64,000 nucleotides of DNA, from positions 1,679,076 to 1,743,075 of the forward strand of contig JADJPM010000001.1 in NCBI GenBank assembly GCA_016713245.1, written 5' to 3'. This DNA is from Verrucomicrobiaceae bacterium (GTDB lineage Bacteria > Verrucomicrobiota > Verrucomicrobiia > Verrucomicrobiales > Verrucomicrobiaceae). The position numbers and the translations under genes are program-made. The first letter of the stretch is position 1, and the number at the start of each line of letters is the position of its first letter. Positions 62,610-64,000 of the stretch are shown piece by piece. Below the pieces are notes generated by a model. That model made no database searches, had not been told where the DNA came from, and saw only the letters and a list, made by a program, of their open reading frames with translations.

Positions 62610-62801
62610 ATGGCCAAAATCACCGCTGCGCGGGAAGCCAGGGCCGCGCCACTCGATGACATCTACCTCACCGCGCTCGATGTCTATGGGGCCGAGTTGA
62701 CCAAGGCAGGCAGGATCAAGGAAGCCAGCCAGATCCGCGTCCTCCGCGAAAGCACTTGGCAGTCATCCAAGTCAGCGCCGCCGCCCGTCACCAGCCCATA
62801 G
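62610..62801 (+). CDS. Small hypothetical ORF, possibly a gene remnant
   Basis: 63-aa helical ORF just inside the right repeat. Confidence 0.35.
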   Translation: MAKITAAREARAAPLDDIYLTALDVYGAELTKAGRIKEASQIRVLRESTWQSSKSAPPPVTSP

Positions 62802-62828
62802 ACCATGCCAGAGGCACCTGCCTCCATG

Positions 62829-62856
62829 TTCACGCCGTCATTCGCGCCAACGTGGC
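62829..62856. repeat. Direct repeat (att-like, right), coincides with the ilvA stop
   Basis: Matches 52929-52956. Confidence 0.75.
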
Positions 62857-63999
62857 CTCATCGACCGCTTTGCACGAGCGATAGCCTTCGCCCTGCTCGG
62901 GCAGATCAGCCAGGAAGGCATCGCGTTGAGCCGCTTCATGAAACGAGAGGCCGATGAGCGCACGACCGACACGCTCGCCGGACTGGCGGTAGTTGAAGTA
63001 GCAGAGGCTGGTGCGGTCGCGGATGAGGCGGGAGAGGAAGTCGTGCAGGGCACCGGGGCGTTCGTAGAAGTCGAGACGGAGGAAAAGCGGATGCGTGAGC
63101 AGATCACCGCGCAGCGGGATGGCGCGGAAGGCCACATCGACCGCGCCGCTGAGGTCCTGCCATTGGAAACCGCCCGCATCGAGCCGCGCGGGCAGTTCGG
63201 TGAGTTTTGCGGCGCTTTCGGCGGTGACGGTGAAGACAGGCCACGCCTCGTCGGGATGATGCAGGCCGTATTGGAAGTCGGCGATGTTCAGGCCCTCGAA
63301 ACAGGAGTCGAGCAGCGACAGCATCGCGCCGGGTCGCTCGGGAATGTTGATGCGCAGCGTGCGGGATACCGTGCTGGCCGCGCCTTCGCTTTGCGCGATG
63401 AGGCCGAGTTGGAGGAAGTCGATGTTTGCGCCGGTGATGACAATGAGAACCTTCTTGCCCGCCAGCGCCGCACGTTCCTTGAGCACCGCCGCGAGGCCCA
63501 TCGCGCCGCTGGGCTCGGAAATGCAGCGCAAGGTCTCCCACAGCACGCGGATGGCCGCGCTGACCTCCGCGTTCGTCACGGTGGAAATGCGATTGAGCAT
63601 CGTGCGGCAGATTTCAAAGGGCAGGGCACCTGCTTTTCGCACGGCGGTGCCATCGCAGAAGATGTCGAGGTCATGCAGCTCAACCGGCTTGCCACTTTCG
63701 ATGGCCGCTTTCATCGACGCCTGGCCCACACCTTCCACGCCGATGATTTCGATGCTGGGCCAGTAAGTTTTGAGCCAGTCTGCCGTCGCCGAGGCCATGC
63801 CACCGCCGCCGATTTGCAAAAACGCCGCGTCGAACGGTCCATGGCCCGAAAGCACGATTTCATCCGCCAGCGTGCCCTGACCGGCCATCACCGCGAGATC
63901 GTCGTAAGCATGCACATACACCGCTCCGCTGGCCTTTTCATGCTCGCGAGCCGCGAGCACCGCTTCGTCGTAACTGTCGCCCGTGAGCACGATCTGCAC
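62830..63999 (-). CDS. ilvA: Threonine ammonia-lyase, biosynthetic (5' part outside window)
   Basis: HAYDDLAVMAGQGT, IGGGG, FCDGTAV, EPSGA, GAN; ACT-like domains with PERPGA, FQY, FNYR. Confidence 0.9.
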   Translation of the reverse strand: MQIVLTGDSYDEAVLAAREHEKASGAVYVHAYDDLAVMAGQGTLADEIVLSGHGPFDAAFLQIGGGGMASATADWLKTYWPSIEIIGVEGVGQASMKAAIESGKPVELHDLDIFCDGTAVRKAGALPFEICRTMLNRISTVTNAEVSAAIRVLWETLRCISEPSGAMGLAAVLKERAALAGKKVLIVITGANIDFLQLGLIAQSEGAASTVSRTLRINIPERPGAMLSLLDSCFEGLNIADFQYGLHHPDEAWPVFTVTAESAAKLTELPARLDAGGFQWQDLSGAVDVAFRAIPLRGDLLTHPLFLRLDFYERPGALHDFLSRLIRDRTSLCYFNYRQSGERVGRALIGLSFHEAAQRDAFLADLPEQGEGYRSCKAVDEATLARMTA

Positions 64000-64000
64000 G

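Larger units (their letters stand above)
52929..62856. mobile_element. Putative integrated island (ECF-kinase module plus secreted proteins), no integrase recognised
   Basis: Bounded by the duplicated ilvA 3' end. Confidence 0.5.

Overview
High-GC bacterial chromosomal window that looks like Verrucomicrobiota, Prosthecobacter-like (inference from gene repertoire: TAT/secreted hydrolases, DUF1592-type and cytochrome-c proteins, ECF sigma + Ser/Thr kinase pairs). About 10 genes are broken by single-base frameshifts, many in homopolymer runs, which most likely reflect assembly errors. Core genes: tcdA, gluQ, fused L-serine dehydratase, acnA, oligopeptidase B, ilvA (partial), tRNA-Arg(UCU). Accessory segments: (1) about 6.55-12.8 kb, with a standalone polyvalent-protein-type kinase, a 13 x 21-bp array of degenerate palindromes directly upstream of a conserved-looking FN3-like gene, three microproteins (one Cys-rich), a lipoprotein, a P-loop ATPase and a fibre-like gene. 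This is the best candidate for an undescribed system. (2) A MenA1/MenT1-like toxin-antitoxin pair at 16.3-17.0 kb. (3) Two ECF-sigma/Ser-Thr-kinase modules (24-33 kb and 53-62.8 kb), each with its own repeated candidate promoter in front of secreted-protein genes. The second module is flanked by a duplication of the ilvA 3' end. (4) A Fic gene and a neighbouring gene that share a palindromic operator. REP-like palindromes occur between and inside genes.
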